A stretch of DNA of 64,000 nucleotides, from the sequence record NC_048048.2; one strand, given 5' to 3'. The notes under the pieces were generated by a model. The model did not search any database. It was not told the DNA's origin and saw only the letters and a program-made list of their open reading frames with translations. The position numbers and the translations under genes were made by a program. Position 1 is the stretch's first letter. Each line of letters begins with the position of its first letter. Positions 8,914-17,981 of this stretch are shown in pieces.

Positions 8914-9204
8914 ATGCACACCTACAAGGAACCCAACCGCATGCGCCTGATGCAACAAATCTGCCTTGTCGTCGCCACGCCCTTGGCGATCTTCGCCCTG
9001 ATCATCAGTCTCGTGGCCATCAACGGCAAGGCTCCGCCCGTCGAGAGCCCGTCCATGTCGCCCAAGCTGCGGGTCGAGCGTCTGGACGGCGACGGGCGCA
9101 AGCAACTGATCCAGGACCCGCAGTCGGGCTGCGCCTGGGTCTCGTCGGTCGAGAACGTCTACAAGCTGCGCGGTGGCCCCGAGTGCGAGGTCAAACGCCT
9201 CTAG
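8914..9204 (+). CDS. membrane-anchored protein (DPQSGCAW motif)
   Basis: TM helix; paralog of 6600. Confidence 0.65.
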   Translation: MHTYKEPNRMRLMQQICLVVATPLAIFALIISLVAINGKAPPVESPSMSPKLRVERLDGDGRKQLIQDPQSGCAWVSSVENVYKLRGGPECEVKRL

Positions 9205-9213
9205 CCACTCCAC

Positions 9214-9253
9214 AAGAAATCGGTTGACAGTCTGATCAAAGCCTCGCTAGATG
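9214..9253 (+). promoter_or_regulatory. sigma70-type promoter
   Basis: AAGAAA-tcgg-TTGACA-N16-GCTAGATG. Confidence 0.7.
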
Positions 9254-9279
9254 GGGCCTCGAACCAAGGAGGTCCTTGC

Positions 9280-9705
9280 TTGCCAGATCAAAAACTCCTG
9301 AGCCTGCTCAACGAGCTTGAGTGCCTGGAGACCCCGTCGACCGCACTCGACCTGGAGCTATGGGGCCTGCTGTGCGCCAAGCCGGAGTCGCCCGATCCGC
9401 GCAAGGTCGGCGTCAAGCCGCCGGCCTTCACCGGGCGGTTCGAGGACGCCTGCTGGCTGGCCTGCTATCTGATCAAGCCCGAGGACCACAGACTGCGCGC
9501 GGCGGTGATCGAGGAAGCGGTCATCACCGCTACTCACCGGCTGGCCGAGGACGATTCCAAGTGCCAGGGCAAGTTCTTCCTGGAGCGCGCCGCCGTCCAC
9601 GTCTGCGAGAACGCGATCAAGGCGCTCATCGATCCCGAGGCCTTCCGGGCCTTCGCCTATCGCCGCAAGCGCGACCGCGCGCACACCGAACTGATGGTCG
9701 ACTGA
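9280..9705 (+). CDS. hypothetical protein
   Basis: AAGGAGG SD, TTG start. Confidence 0.7.
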   Translation: MPDQKLLSLLNELECLETPSTALDLELWGLLCAKPESPDPRKVGVKPPAFTGRFEDACWLACYLIKPEDHRLRAAVIEEAVITATHRLAEDDSKCQGKFFLERAAVHVCENAIKALIDPEAFRAFAYRRKRDRAHTELMVD

Positions 9706-9938
9706 TGAAGCGGCCCACCACCTACACCAGCACCGCCTACTTCGCCGAGGAGCTTCGACTGGAAAGCATCGACCTCGTCCAGGACGTGCTGAACAACCTC
9801 CAGCAGACCCGCGACGGCGAGGTCCGCACCAAGAACCGCAAAGGCCGGCTGCGCGAGATCGACTACGCGTCCAGCATCATCGAGGGCCAAATCCTCAAGG
9901 TCTTCCAGAACCTGACCGTGGAGGGCACGAACAAATGA
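9705..9938 (+). CDS. hypothetical protein
   Basis: TGATG overlap. Confidence 0.7.
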   Translation: MKRPTTYTSTAYFAEELRLESIDLVQDVLNNLQQTRDGEVRTKNRKGRLREIDYASSIIEGQILKVFQNLTVEGTNK

Positions 9939-10390
9939 GCGACTCCGCCATCGCTGAGATCGACGAGCTTCTTGATGTTCTCAACGGTCCCATCCACCTG
10001 GGCAATCGCCTGCTCTACAACGCGCGCATCGCCATAGCCATCGCCCCGCACCGGCATTGGACCTCGGGCGTCGTCGAGCAGAAGATCGCCAGGACCAATC
10101 CGCGCAAGATCGTCACGACCTATCGCCAATCCGACGGCTCGCTAAGCTATGGCACCGCGTGGGCGCCGGAATGGATCGAAGACGCCGACAAGGCCCTGAC
10201 CTTCATCCGCCAGTCGTTCCCGCACGCGCGCCTGACGATCCACACGCCCTGCGACCTGGATGAGGCGGTCGTCACCGCCGAGGCCGATATCGGGCATGCG
10301 CGCATGTCGACCTTCGGCCCGACCCTGGCCCAGGCCGTGATCGGCGCGGCGCTCATGCTCATCCGCAATCGCCTGACGGATCGCACATGA
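9935..10390 (+). CDS. hypothetical protein
   Basis: coupled ORF. Confidence 0.7.
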   Translation: MSDSAIAEIDELLDVLNGPIHLGNRLLYNARIAIAIAPHRHWTSGVVEQKIARTNPRKIVTTYRQSDGSLSYGTAWAPEWIEDADKALTFIRQSFPHARLTIHTPCDLDEAVVTAEADIGHARMSTFGPTLAQAVIGAALMLIRNRLTDRT

Positions 10391-10779
10391 CCCCCACCGA
10401 AAAGGTGCTCAAGAACGCGCGCCACATCACCCAGGCCGAGCGGCACGTCTACGCGATCGGCGACGAGTGCTGGCGCGCTGACTATGCCCGCATCGAACGC
10501 GGCGAGGTCGTGCGCCAGATGCCCTGCGACTTCGACAGCCAGGGCAACATCATCCGGCGGGGTGACGAAGGCGGAGCTTACACCCTGACGGTCGCCAAGT
10601 TCCCCTCGGGGTACCAGGAACAGACCTACGGCTGGAAGTTCTTTCCGACCAGGGAACTGGCGATCTACGAACTCCAGATGATCATCGAGCGCCGGATCAA
10701 CGACACCAAGCGAGACCTCCAGAAGCTGGAAGACTTGCGTGACGCGGCCCTGGCGATGGACGTGCAGGTTCGCGAATGA
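10387..10779 (+). CDS. hypothetical protein
   Basis: coupled ORF. Confidence 0.7.
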   Translation: MTPTEKVLKNARHITQAERHVYAIGDECWRADYARIERGEVVRQMPCDFDSQGNIIRRGDEGGAYTLTVAKFPSGYQEQTYGWKFFPTRELAIYELQMIIERRINDTKRDLQKLEDLRDAALAMDVQVRE

Positions 10780-11177
10780 CCGAAGACGCCGACAAAGGCC
10801 CTTGGAAGTGCTTCCACTGCGGCTACATCGCCAACACCGTGCGCGAGGGCCTGGATCACTTCGGCTACGACGAGACCGAGGCGCCCGCGTGCCTCCAGGT
10901 CCTGACCGAGACCGAGAAGGCCATCGTCGAGGACCGGCGTTTCTGGCGCCACCGGGCGCTCACCGCCGAAGACCATCTGGAGCAGGCCCACCACGAGCTT
11001 CACATGGCCCGCTACGACATCCACCACCACTTCCGCGTCCATACCCTGGCCGAGGCCGGGAACGCCTACGACAACCTCAAGGGCGAGGTCGAGGCGTTGA
11101 AGGAGCGCGTGCGCTGGGTTCCGGCCTGGATCAGGCGTCTCTTCCTGCCGAAGGGGTACTACGATGTGCAGCCGTAG
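10776..11177 (+). CDS. hypothetical protein (CFHC Zn ribbon plus coiled coil)
   Basis: WKCFHCG motif. Confidence 0.65.
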   Translation: MTEDADKGPWKCFHCGYIANTVREGLDHFGYDETEAPACLQVLTETEKAIVEDRRFWRHRALTAEDHLEQAHHELHMARYDIHHHFRVHTLAEAGNAYDNLKGEVEALKERVRWVPAWIRRLFLPKGYYDVQP

Positions 11178-11484
11178 GAACGAGTATCTGCCGACGATCT
11201 GGGAGCGCGTGACCAACACCCGGTGGCTCTACCACTTCGACGAGCGCTACCTGGGCATCCCCCTGCACCGTACCTTCGGCGGCGCGATGCCTTGTCGCGT
11301 CCGGGCTAAGGACATGTCGACCTCGATCGGCAACCGCACGCGCCTCATGGTCCGCGCCACCGGCGAGGTCAACCCCAACCGCCTGCCAACGCACCGCGTC
11401 TTTGGTGGCTATGTGCCAGCCAAGATTCGAGCGCGCCACCACGTCTGGACCATTTCCTGTCCTTCCACCGGCGCACGCCTCTAA
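11164..11484 (+). CDS. hypothetical protein
   Basis: ORF. Confidence 0.55.
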   Translation: MCSRRNEYLPTIWERVTNTRWLYHFDERYLGIPLHRTFGGAMPCRVRAKDMSTSIGNRTRLMVRATGEVNPNRLPTHRVFGGYVPAKIRARHHVWTISCPSTGARL

Positions 11485-11488
11485 CTTC

Positions 11489-11526
11489 GTGACACGGTTG
11501 ACGGCGCCGTGTCATCCTGAGATGAT
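11489..11526 (+). promoter_or_regulatory. promoter with straddling inverted repeat
   Basis: TTGACG-N17-GATGAT inside GTGACACGG-N9-CCGTGTCAT. Confidence 0.6.
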
Positions 11527-11546
11527 CGAAGCCTAGCCATTACCGA

Positions 11547-12317
11547 GTGACCATGACCGACTTCGACACCGCCGAGGCCAAGTTCAACAAGCTGATCAAG
11601 CGTCTCGCCATCAAGATCGGCCAATCCCAGACGCCCGTGCCGGGCTTTGCCGTGGGCCTGTCAGGCACCGACTCGGCCCTGGCCTTCCTGGCGCTGAACG
11701 CGGCGATCAAGATCGCCTGGGCCGACTACGGGCTCAAGCCGCGCCTGATGGGCATCCACTATGTCAACGCCAATCGGCTGCGCCAGGGCGCCTTCGAGAA
11801 GGTCGGCATCCCGTGGCTGCGTCGCGAGGTCCCCGAGGCCACCATCCAGGTGATCGCCCCGCCGGGCGGCAATCACGACCAATACCGCTGGGCCGACCTG
11901 CACGTGCGCGCCCTGAAGGCGATCGATCCGGTCAGCGGTGACCTCTCGCCCCTGCCGGTCGAGGAGAGCTTCTGGGTCTCGGGCACGATCAACGCCACCG
12001 AGCACGCCCTGGGCAAGTACAGTCTGTTCGCCAACGCCGTCTCGATCCAGCCGATCCGCTCGATGTGGAAGTCGGAGATCATGGCCCTGGCCAAGCAATG
12101 GATGCCCGAGGAGATCGTCGAGGCTGCCCGCATCCCCGACTGCCTATGCGGTCGTGACGAGGTGGCGGCCGAGAATATCGAACTGGTCGATGCGGTCCTG
12201 CGCAACGACTATGATCCGTCCAAGGTCAAGCCCAAGCTGCTCAAGACCATCGTCGACTATATCCGCGTGACCAGGGCCGAGCACGGCTTCCGTTCGCGCA
12301 TCCCCTACGTGGTGTGA
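11547..12317 (+). CDS. NadE-like PP-loop ATP pyrophosphatase (NAD synthetase-like)
   Basis: AVGLSGTDSA PP-loop, SGTINATE, QPIRSMWKSEI match NadE motif order. Confidence 0.65.
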   Translation: MTMTDFDTAEAKFNKLIKRLAIKIGQSQTPVPGFAVGLSGTDSALAFLALNAAIKIAWADYGLKPRLMGIHYVNANRLRQGAFEKVGIPWLRREVPEATIQVIAPPGGNHDQYRWADLHVRALKAIDPVSGDLSPLPVEESFWVSGTINATEHALGKYSLFANAVSIQPIRSMWKSEIMALAKQWMPEEIVEAARIPDCLCGRDEVAAENIELVDAVLRNDYDPSKVKPKLLKTIVDYIRVTRAEHGFRSRIPYVV

Positions 12318-12646
12318 TCATGCCGGGTTCCTATGACATCGAGACTTCGGGCCTGCATTGGCCGGGGACGCCGCGCAAGACGCTGTCCATGAAAGTGATC
12401 GGCGCCGACAAGACCATTAGCACCCTGCGACTGACCAGCAATCGCCTGGAAGGGCTCCAGTCCTTCGTGCGTGCGATCAAGGCTGAGCAGGAACGCTCGC
12501 GCAAGCAGTTCGCCGCGCGGCGTAAGCGCTACATCCAGACCGTGGGTCATCGCGATCGCGGCGCCGGCGGCCCGCTGCGCAAGGTCGAGCGCCTGACGCG
12601 GGAGGCCCACAAGCTGCGCCGCCAGTTCCGAGCCGCCCATGGCTGA
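12314..12646 (+). CDS. hypothetical basic protein
   Basis: coupled ORF. Confidence 0.6.
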   Translation: MIMPGSYDIETSGLHWPGTPRKTLSMKVIGADKTISTLRLTSNRLEGLQSFVRAIKAEQERSRKQFAARRKRYIQTVGHRDRGAGGPLRKVERLTREAHKLRRQFRAAHG

Positions 12647-12914
12647 TCACCGCTTCAACGTCCTGACGCCCATCGTCGAAAAGGTCCGAGAAAAGACGGA
12701 CCTCAAGGCCGTGCGCAAGGCCCTGTGGTTTGAGCAGATCGCCCGCTTGGAGGCCAGGGTGCGCGAGGCCCCTGATGCCGAAGAGACCCAAGACTGGCTA
12801 CTCGCTGAAATTGTCTGCGCCGCCTACTACACGCTCCGCTCGACCTTGGGCGGAAAGCAACTTCGGGCCGATGCGTTCCGCCGGCTCATCTATCTGAGGA
12901 GCCAATTCGCGTGA
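12639..12914 (+). CDS. hypothetical protein
   Basis: coupled ORF. Confidence 0.65.
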   Translation: MADHRFNVLTPIVEKVREKTDLKAVRKALWFEQIARLEARVREAPDAEETQDWLLAEIVCAAYYTLRSTLGGKQLRADAFRRLIYLRSQFA

Positions 12915-13348
12915 AGCTGACCGTCACCACCGTCGAAAGCGTCGAGGCCTGGGGCGACACGCTGTCCCTTGTCAAGGTCAAGGGCATCGACAAGACCGTC
13001 GTCGCCAACCGCAAGGAAGACGACTCGTTCCGCTGGACCGTTGGTGAGCCCGTGGTCTACGTGCCCGAGAACGCCATCCTGCCCGAAGAAGTCCTCAAGG
13101 CCCGAGGCTACTGGGACGAGGTCAAGAACAAGGGCCTCCTGGGCGGCTCCAAGGGCAACCGCGTCAAGAACCGCGTCTTCGGCCGCACCGAGGACAACCC
13201 CGGCGTGGAGTCCAGCGGCCTGCTGTTCAAGGTCGCGATCGAGCAGGGCTACGAGTGGTTCGTGATCGGCGGCGCTTTGGGTAACAAGCGCGTCTTCGAG
13301 GGCGACGATGTCGCCGAGTTCCTGGGCGTGACGGAGTATGTGGCATGA
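12911..13348 (+). CDS. stand-alone N-terminal domain of DRB0094-type RNA ligase family (OB-like)
   Basis: VESVEAW.D.LSLVKV...VGEPVVYVPENAILP...SSGLLF pattern; no ligase motifs. Confidence 0.5.
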   Translation: MKLTVTTVESVEAWGDTLSLVKVKGIDKTVVANRKEDDSFRWTVGEPVVYVPENAILPEEVLKARGYWDEVKNKGLLGGSKGNRVKNRVFGRTEDNPGVESSGLLFKVAIEQGYEWFVIGGALGNKRVFEGDDVAEFLGVTEYVA

Positions 13349-13788
13349 CCGAAGCTGCCGAACACGCCTATCTGCACGCCAAGATCAAGCACGCCATCCT
13401 CGACATTCATCTGGTCGGCAAGCGCATCATGGGTCTGGATGAAGTCGTCGACAACGTCATCAAGATCATGGAGGAGCAAGTCCTGATCAGCAATGACGCG
13501 CGTCGCTACGACTTGCCGCCCACGATCATCCGCGCTTTGTCCAAGTGCGGCTTCGTCATCCTGGGCGTCCACAAGGGCGAGCATCCTTCCATCTACCGGA
13601 TCGACTGCACAGGCCAGAAGACGGTGTCCCTGGTGCGGACCCGCCATCCCCAGGAGACCTGGATGGTCCTGGGCGCCAGCTTCCAGGTCGAGGAGGACGC
13701 GCTGTCCGCCCTGGCCACCACGATCGCCAAGGACTGGGCCGACCACATGACCCGCGTCAGGCAGACCGAAGGCAAGGTCGCCGCATGA
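13345..13788 (+). CDS. hypothetical protein
   Basis: coupled ORF. Confidence 0.7.
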   Translation: MTEAAEHAYLHAKIKHAILDIHLVGKRIMGLDEVVDNVIKIMEEQVLISNDARRYDLPPTIIRALSKCGFVILGVHKGEHPSIYRIDCTGQKTVSLVRTRHPQETWMVLGASFQVEEDALSALATTIAKDWADHMTRVRQTEGKVAA

Positions 13789-14198
13789 GCCTGCTCGATC
13801 TCGTCTCCCGCGCCGACATCGAGCGCGCCATCGCCAAGGCCACCGCTCCGAGGGGAACGGTCGCAGCCGCCGTCACGGCCATCCAGGACCTCATCATGAA
13901 GGCCGAGACGCGGCAGGAACTGGCCAGCCAATACGACCTTCCCGTGGCTGTCCTGGACGCCTTCACCAAGGCGGACCTGCCAATCACCGAGATCGCCAGG
14001 AACCCGACCTACGGGTTCATCTGGGAAATCAACGTGCGGGTGCTCTACAACGACGACCTCCGCGAGAGCGAGCCTTTGGTCTATCTGGTCCAGGGCGCGC
14101 ATGACGGCTGGCTCGTGGCCAACGAGCGCTATGACATCCCCAACAACAAGCTTGAGGCCCTGTCCCAGGCTCTCGGAAAGGTCAAGGACCATGGCTAA
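13785..14198 (+). CDS. hypothetical protein
   Basis: ATGA overlap. Confidence 0.7.
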   Translation: MSLLDLVSRADIERAIAKATAPRGTVAAAVTAIQDLIMKAETRQELASQYDLPVAVLDAFTKADLPITEIARNPTYGFIWEINVRVLYNDDLRESEPLVYLVQGAHDGWLVANERYDIPNNKLEALSQALGKVKDHG

Positions 14199-14502
14199 GA
14201 AGCTCGATCCGACCCTCAAGGCCGTCCTGATCGGCGCGACGATCGCCGTGGCGCCGTTCCTGGGCATGGCCTATTACGCCGGCGCGCAGGCTGCGGCCTT
14301 CACGCCCAAAGGCGCGATCGAACCGGGCGGCTTCCGCTGGCGTGGCCTCTCCGCGCCGGCCAAGGTGACCAAGGTCGCCGAGATGCCCGAAAGCGACTGC
14401 GTCGTCTATCGCGTCGATACCGAGGGCTCCAAGCTCTACATCGTGCGAGGCAACTACCAGAACTGCTCGATCACTTCGACAAACGCACAGGACGACAACT
14501 GA
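14191..14502 (+). CDS. membrane-anchored/exported protein
   Basis: N-terminal hydrophobic helix, two Cys. Confidence 0.7.
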   Translation: MAKKLDPTLKAVLIGATIAVAPFLGMAYYAGAQAAAFTPKGAIEPGGFRWRGLSAPAKVTKVAEMPESDCVVYRVDTEGSKLYIVRGNYQNCSITSTNAQDDN

Positions 14503-14504
14503 GC

Positions 14505-14900
14505 ATGCACGCCAAGATCACCGCCTATAAGGGTCTGCTCGTCATCGAGATGACGACCCTGGAATCGATCGTCGGCGAGGTTACCTGCTCGCTCGACACG
14601 CCCGGCACCTTTGGCCAAGTCATCAATGACACCGCCAAGCATCTGGGCATCTCCGAGGAGGGCATCGCCCTCATGAAGGCCTTCAAGACCAACCGCAGCA
14701 GCCTGGGCGATATTGACTGGTTCGCCACCGGCGAGGGCAAGCACGCCTTCGGTTGGATCGGCGGTCCCTTCGCCCTGAAGGACCCCACCACCGACGAGGG
14801 CTCGCGCGACTACCGTGTCTTCGACGGCGCCTATGTCTCGATCCCCAACGATGTGCCGCAGGGCGCCCGTGAGGCGATCGACGCCCAGGGTGAAGCCTGA
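14505..14900 (+). CDS. hypothetical protein
   Basis: ORF. Confidence 0.7.
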   Translation: MHAKITAYKGLLVIEMTTLESIVGEVTCSLDTPGTFGQVINDTAKHLGISEEGIALMKAFKTNRSSLGDIDWFATGEGKHAFGWIGGPFALKDPTTDEGSRDYRVFDGAYVSIPNDVPQGAREAIDAQGEA

Positions 14901-15256
14901 TGGACCGCAAGGACCTCGACGCCATCCTACATCTGGCCGGCATCAAGCCGCTGGGCATCTGGGAGACCGTCAACGGCTACTCCAAGACCCGCGAGGACCC
15001 CTGGTACCTCGTCCACACCGACTTCGGCATGATCCACATCGGCTGGCGCAAGCGGGTGATCAGCATCGACTGGGAGCAGACCAAGGTCCGTGTCATCGTC
15101 ACCGAAGACGACGTGACCAAGGACGAGACCCAGGTCCACGCCCACAGCATGGCTGACGCCGCCGTCTATCTGCGATACTGGCGTCTCTTCGCCGAGCACA
15201 CCGCCGCCGTGGCGCGGCGTGATGCAATCGACGGCGCGCCGGTGACGTCATGCTAG
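14900..15256 (+). CDS. hypothetical protein
   Basis: TGATG overlap. Confidence 0.7.
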   Translation: MDRKDLDAILHLAGIKPLGIWETVNGYSKTREDPWYLVHTDFGMIHIGWRKRVISIDWEQTKVRVIVTEDDVTKDETQVHAHSMADAAVYLRYWRLFAEHTAAVARRDAIDGAPVTSC

Positions 15257-15696
15257 ACCTCAATCTTTCCGTCGAAGAGATCACCGACATCCTCGAACGT
15301 GAACTGTCCTCCCACGAGGACATCATCTACGGCGAGAAGAACGCGGCCCAGAGCATCATCGACTATGTCCAGGCCAAGGCCCTGATCGCCTCGCAGCATG
15401 ACGCCTACGGCCTGCCGCTGTCGATCCTGGAGACCTTTCGCAAGCACAGCCTGAAGGTCGAGTATGTCAACCGCAAGGATGACCTGCCCGATGCCATGGA
15501 CGTCTACTTCGAAGGCGGTCGGGAAATCACCCTGTGCCATGTCGAGGTTCCAGTCGAGTCCTGGGTCGTCGTTTCCTGGAACGGCAAGCTCAAGCGCCCC
15601 GAAGTGGAGCTTTTGGCCACCGACATGGCCAAGGCCTGGGGCGCGGAACTGAAGGCCAAGGAAGCCGGCCAGCCCAAGGGCAAGAAGGTCCGCTAG
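15250..15696 (+). CDS. hypothetical protein
   Basis: ORF. Confidence 0.7.
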   Translation: MLDLNLSVEEITDILERELSSHEDIIYGEKNAAQSIIDYVQAKALIASQHDAYGLPLSILETFRKHSLKVEYVNRKDDLPDAMDVYFEGGREITLCHVEVPVESWVVVSWNGKLKRPEVELLATDMAKAWGAELKAKEAGQPKGKKVR

Positions 15697-15703
15697 GCAT
15701 CGT

Positions 15704-15745
15704 GCGAGAAAGTTGTTGACATCGGTCTCCGGGCTGGCCTAGATG
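15704..15745 (+). promoter_or_regulatory. sigma70-type promoter
   Basis: GCGAGAAA-gttg-TTGACA-N18-TAGATG. Confidence 0.65.
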
Positions 15746-15769
15746 GGGTCAACACCAACCGGAGGCCAG

Positions 15770-16072
15770 ATGCCCTCTCTCAGCGAAGCCACCGACCTGA
15801 TGCTACTCAAGCAAGGTCTCGTGTCCCTGGAGGACCTGGAGCGCAGCCCCGTGCTCCGGCCGCTGAATTGCTGGACCCTGTTCCTCGACACCTTCAATCT
15901 GGGCTTCAGCCACGACTGGTCGCTGCCCTTCCTGGAGAAGACCGACTGGGGTCACCTGGAGGTCCAGACCTGCCATGTCTGCGGCGCCGTGCGTCGCCCG
16001 CGCTTTGGCCCCTACTACGGCGTGGCCTCCGCGCCAATGACCCCGCTCCAGATCGAAGGACGTGCTGCATGA
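15770..16072 (+). CDS. hypothetical protein
   Basis: GGAGG SD. Confidence 0.65.
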   Translation: MPSLSEATDLMLLKQGLVSLEDLERSPVLRPLNCWTLFLDTFNLGFSHDWSLPFLEKTDWGHLEVQTCHVCGAVRRPRFGPYYGVASAPMTPLQIEGRAA

Positions 16073-16320
16073 TCCCCGCCATTCGTCGGTTCTTCGGCCT
16101 CTGCGAGCACGACTGGGAGCGCATGCCTCAGACCGTCTCCAAGACCCTGGTCCCGGCCAACCCCCGCGTCGACACCTGCCTGGGCTTCGACGTGGTGGTC
16201 GTCAAGACCTTCCACCAGCGCTGCTGCCTGCGGTGCGCCAAGGTCGAGGTCACCTGCATCGGTCACGAGACTTTCCCGCTCTCCACCTGGAAGGGCGACC
16301 GCTCGGAGCTTTCGATTTGA
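16069..16320 (+). CDS. hypothetical Cys-rich protein
   Basis: CEHDW...CLRC. Confidence 0.65.
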   Translation: MIPAIRRFFGLCEHDWERMPQTVSKTLVPANPRVDTCLGFDVVVVKTFHQRCCLRCAKVEVTCIGHETFPLSTWKGDRSELSI

Positions 16321-17069
16321 ACGCCCACATCACCCACTGTTTCCAGGGCGAGTACGAAGGCTCGTGCAAGTACGGCGACGAGGACTGCCCCGCGCGGTTC
16401 GTCGCGCCGGCTCTGGCACGCAAGGCCATGGCGGATTCACGCTACTTCTCCGACGACGAGGCGCCGTTCAGCGGTCAGGTCTTCGACGGCGACAACCGCC
16501 TGCTGCTGATCGTCGGCGAGAACGCGTCGGGTAAAAGCCTGATGTTCCGCGTCCTCAATGCCTACGCCAAGCGAGACCACGACCTGACCGGCATCACCAT
16601 CTCGATCCGAGAGCGCACCGATTCCTCCGTCCCGTTCCGCCGCATGTTCATGTTCGGCGACGAGGCCGAGCAATCGACCGGCGCGACCTCGTTTAGCACC
16701 ATCGAGATGGGCTTCAAGACGGCCAACGGCGAAAGCCAGGGCAAGAACCTGCTGATGATCGATGAGCCCGAGATGGGCCTGTCGGATGGCTATGCCCGCG
16801 CCCTGGGCGAGTACCTGGGCGAGCGCGCCCGCGACCTTCCCGACGCCTGCCACGGTCTTGTGGTGGTGACCCACAACCGTCCCCTGGTGAAGGGCATGCT
16901 GATGGGTCTGAGCGCCACGCCTGCCTTTGTCCACATGGGCGCGACGACGCCGCTGTTCGACTGGCTGGAACACCGCGAAACCCGGTCCGTGCGCGAACTG
17001 CGCGCGCTCAAGGAAACCGCCTCCGAGCGTCGCAAGCAAACCCAGAAACTGATGAACCGCAAGGACTGA
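16317..17069 (+). CDS. stand-alone ABC-type (AAA_21-like) ATPase
   Basis: Walker A GENASGKS, Walker B MIDEPE, H-loop VTHN; TTGA overlap start. Confidence 0.75.
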   Translation: MNAHITHCFQGEYEGSCKYGDEDCPARFVAPALARKAMADSRYFSDDEAPFSGQVFDGDNRLLLIVGENASGKSLMFRVLNAYAKRDHDLTGITISIRERTDSSVPFRRMFMFGDEAEQSTGATSFSTIEMGFKTANGESQGKNLLMIDEPEMGLSDGYARALGEYLGERARDLPDACHGLVVVTHNRPLVKGMLMGLSATPAFVHMGATTPLFDWLEHRETRSVRELRALKETASERRKQTQKLMNRKD

Positions 17070-17070
17070 C

Positions 17071-17430
17071 ATGACTGAGCAGACTGAAATCGCCAAGGCG
17101 AAGGCCTATCTGGAAACCCTCGCTTCCGACGGGACGCGCGTTGAGTTCGATGCGAACGGCTATCTCGCGCCCGAGGGCGTCGACGCTATCCGCACGGTCC
17201 TGGCCCACCTGGGCGCCCCCAAGGCTGGAGTCGCCAACCACGGCGTTTCGAAAGAGCACGCCTACGAGAACATCCGCTTTGCGGTGTTCGACGCCCTGAT
17301 CGCCAAGATGCCGCGCGGCTCGTACGACTACCTGGAGCAGGCCGCCGAGGTCGCTGCCGAGGCGCTGAAGAACCCGGCCTTCGCCTGGGTCTTCGACGTC
17401 CTGGCCGAGAAAGAGGACGCGCCGTCGTGA
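17071..17430 (+). CDS. hypothetical protein
   Basis: ORF. Confidence 0.7.
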   Translation: MTEQTEIAKAKAYLETLASDGTRVEFDANGYLAPEGVDAIRTVLAHLGAPKAGVANHGVSKEHAYENIRFAVFDALIAKMPRGSYDYLEQAAEVAAEALKNPAFAWVFDVLAEKEDAPS

Positions 17431-17981
17431 GCGACGATCGTCTCGACCCGCCGGTCCTCCAGAAGCTGATCTACAAGCACTTCTACAACGGACCCGTGGG
17501 CGGCGCCGCGCTGCGTCTGGCCAAGATCATCAACCGCCACGCCCAGGGCCTGCCGATCATGGCCTTCGAAGAGGTCCTGAACGAGTTCCTGGTCCAGCGC
17601 CTGGGGCTAAACGAGACGACCGATCCCAAGCTGGCGGCCGAGAACAAGGAGGCCCTGGCGGCCGAGCGGGCGAGCTTCTGGAAAGCCCTGAACGGCAAGG
17701 TGGATGGCGGCATCGTCCATGACCTGATCGCCTATGCCCGCGCCAAGGACCTCTATGAGTGCTTGACCGAGAAGGTTCAGCAGTTCGATCAGCCCGTCAT
17801 CAATGCCTTTGGCATGACCGTCGACCAGACGATCGCGCACTTGCAGAGCGTCATCGCCGATCGCACTGCCGATTTGGCTGCGGCGACCGACCCGAACAGG
17901 CGCGCTGACCTGGAGGCGGTGATCGCCGACGTCCGGGCGGCCCTGGCCAAATTGCAGCCCATAGAAGGAGTCCAATCGTGA
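17427..17981 (+). CDS. hypothetical protein
   Basis: GTGA overlap. Confidence 0.7.
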   Translation: MSDDRLDPPVLQKLIYKHFYNGPVGGAALRLAKIINRHAQGLPIMAFEEVLNEFLVQRLGLNETTDPKLAAENKEALAAERASFWKALNGKVDGGIVHDLIAYARAKDLYECLTEKVQQFDQPVINAFGMTVDQTIAHLQSVIADRTADLAAATDPNRRADLEAVIADVRAALAKLQPIEGVQS

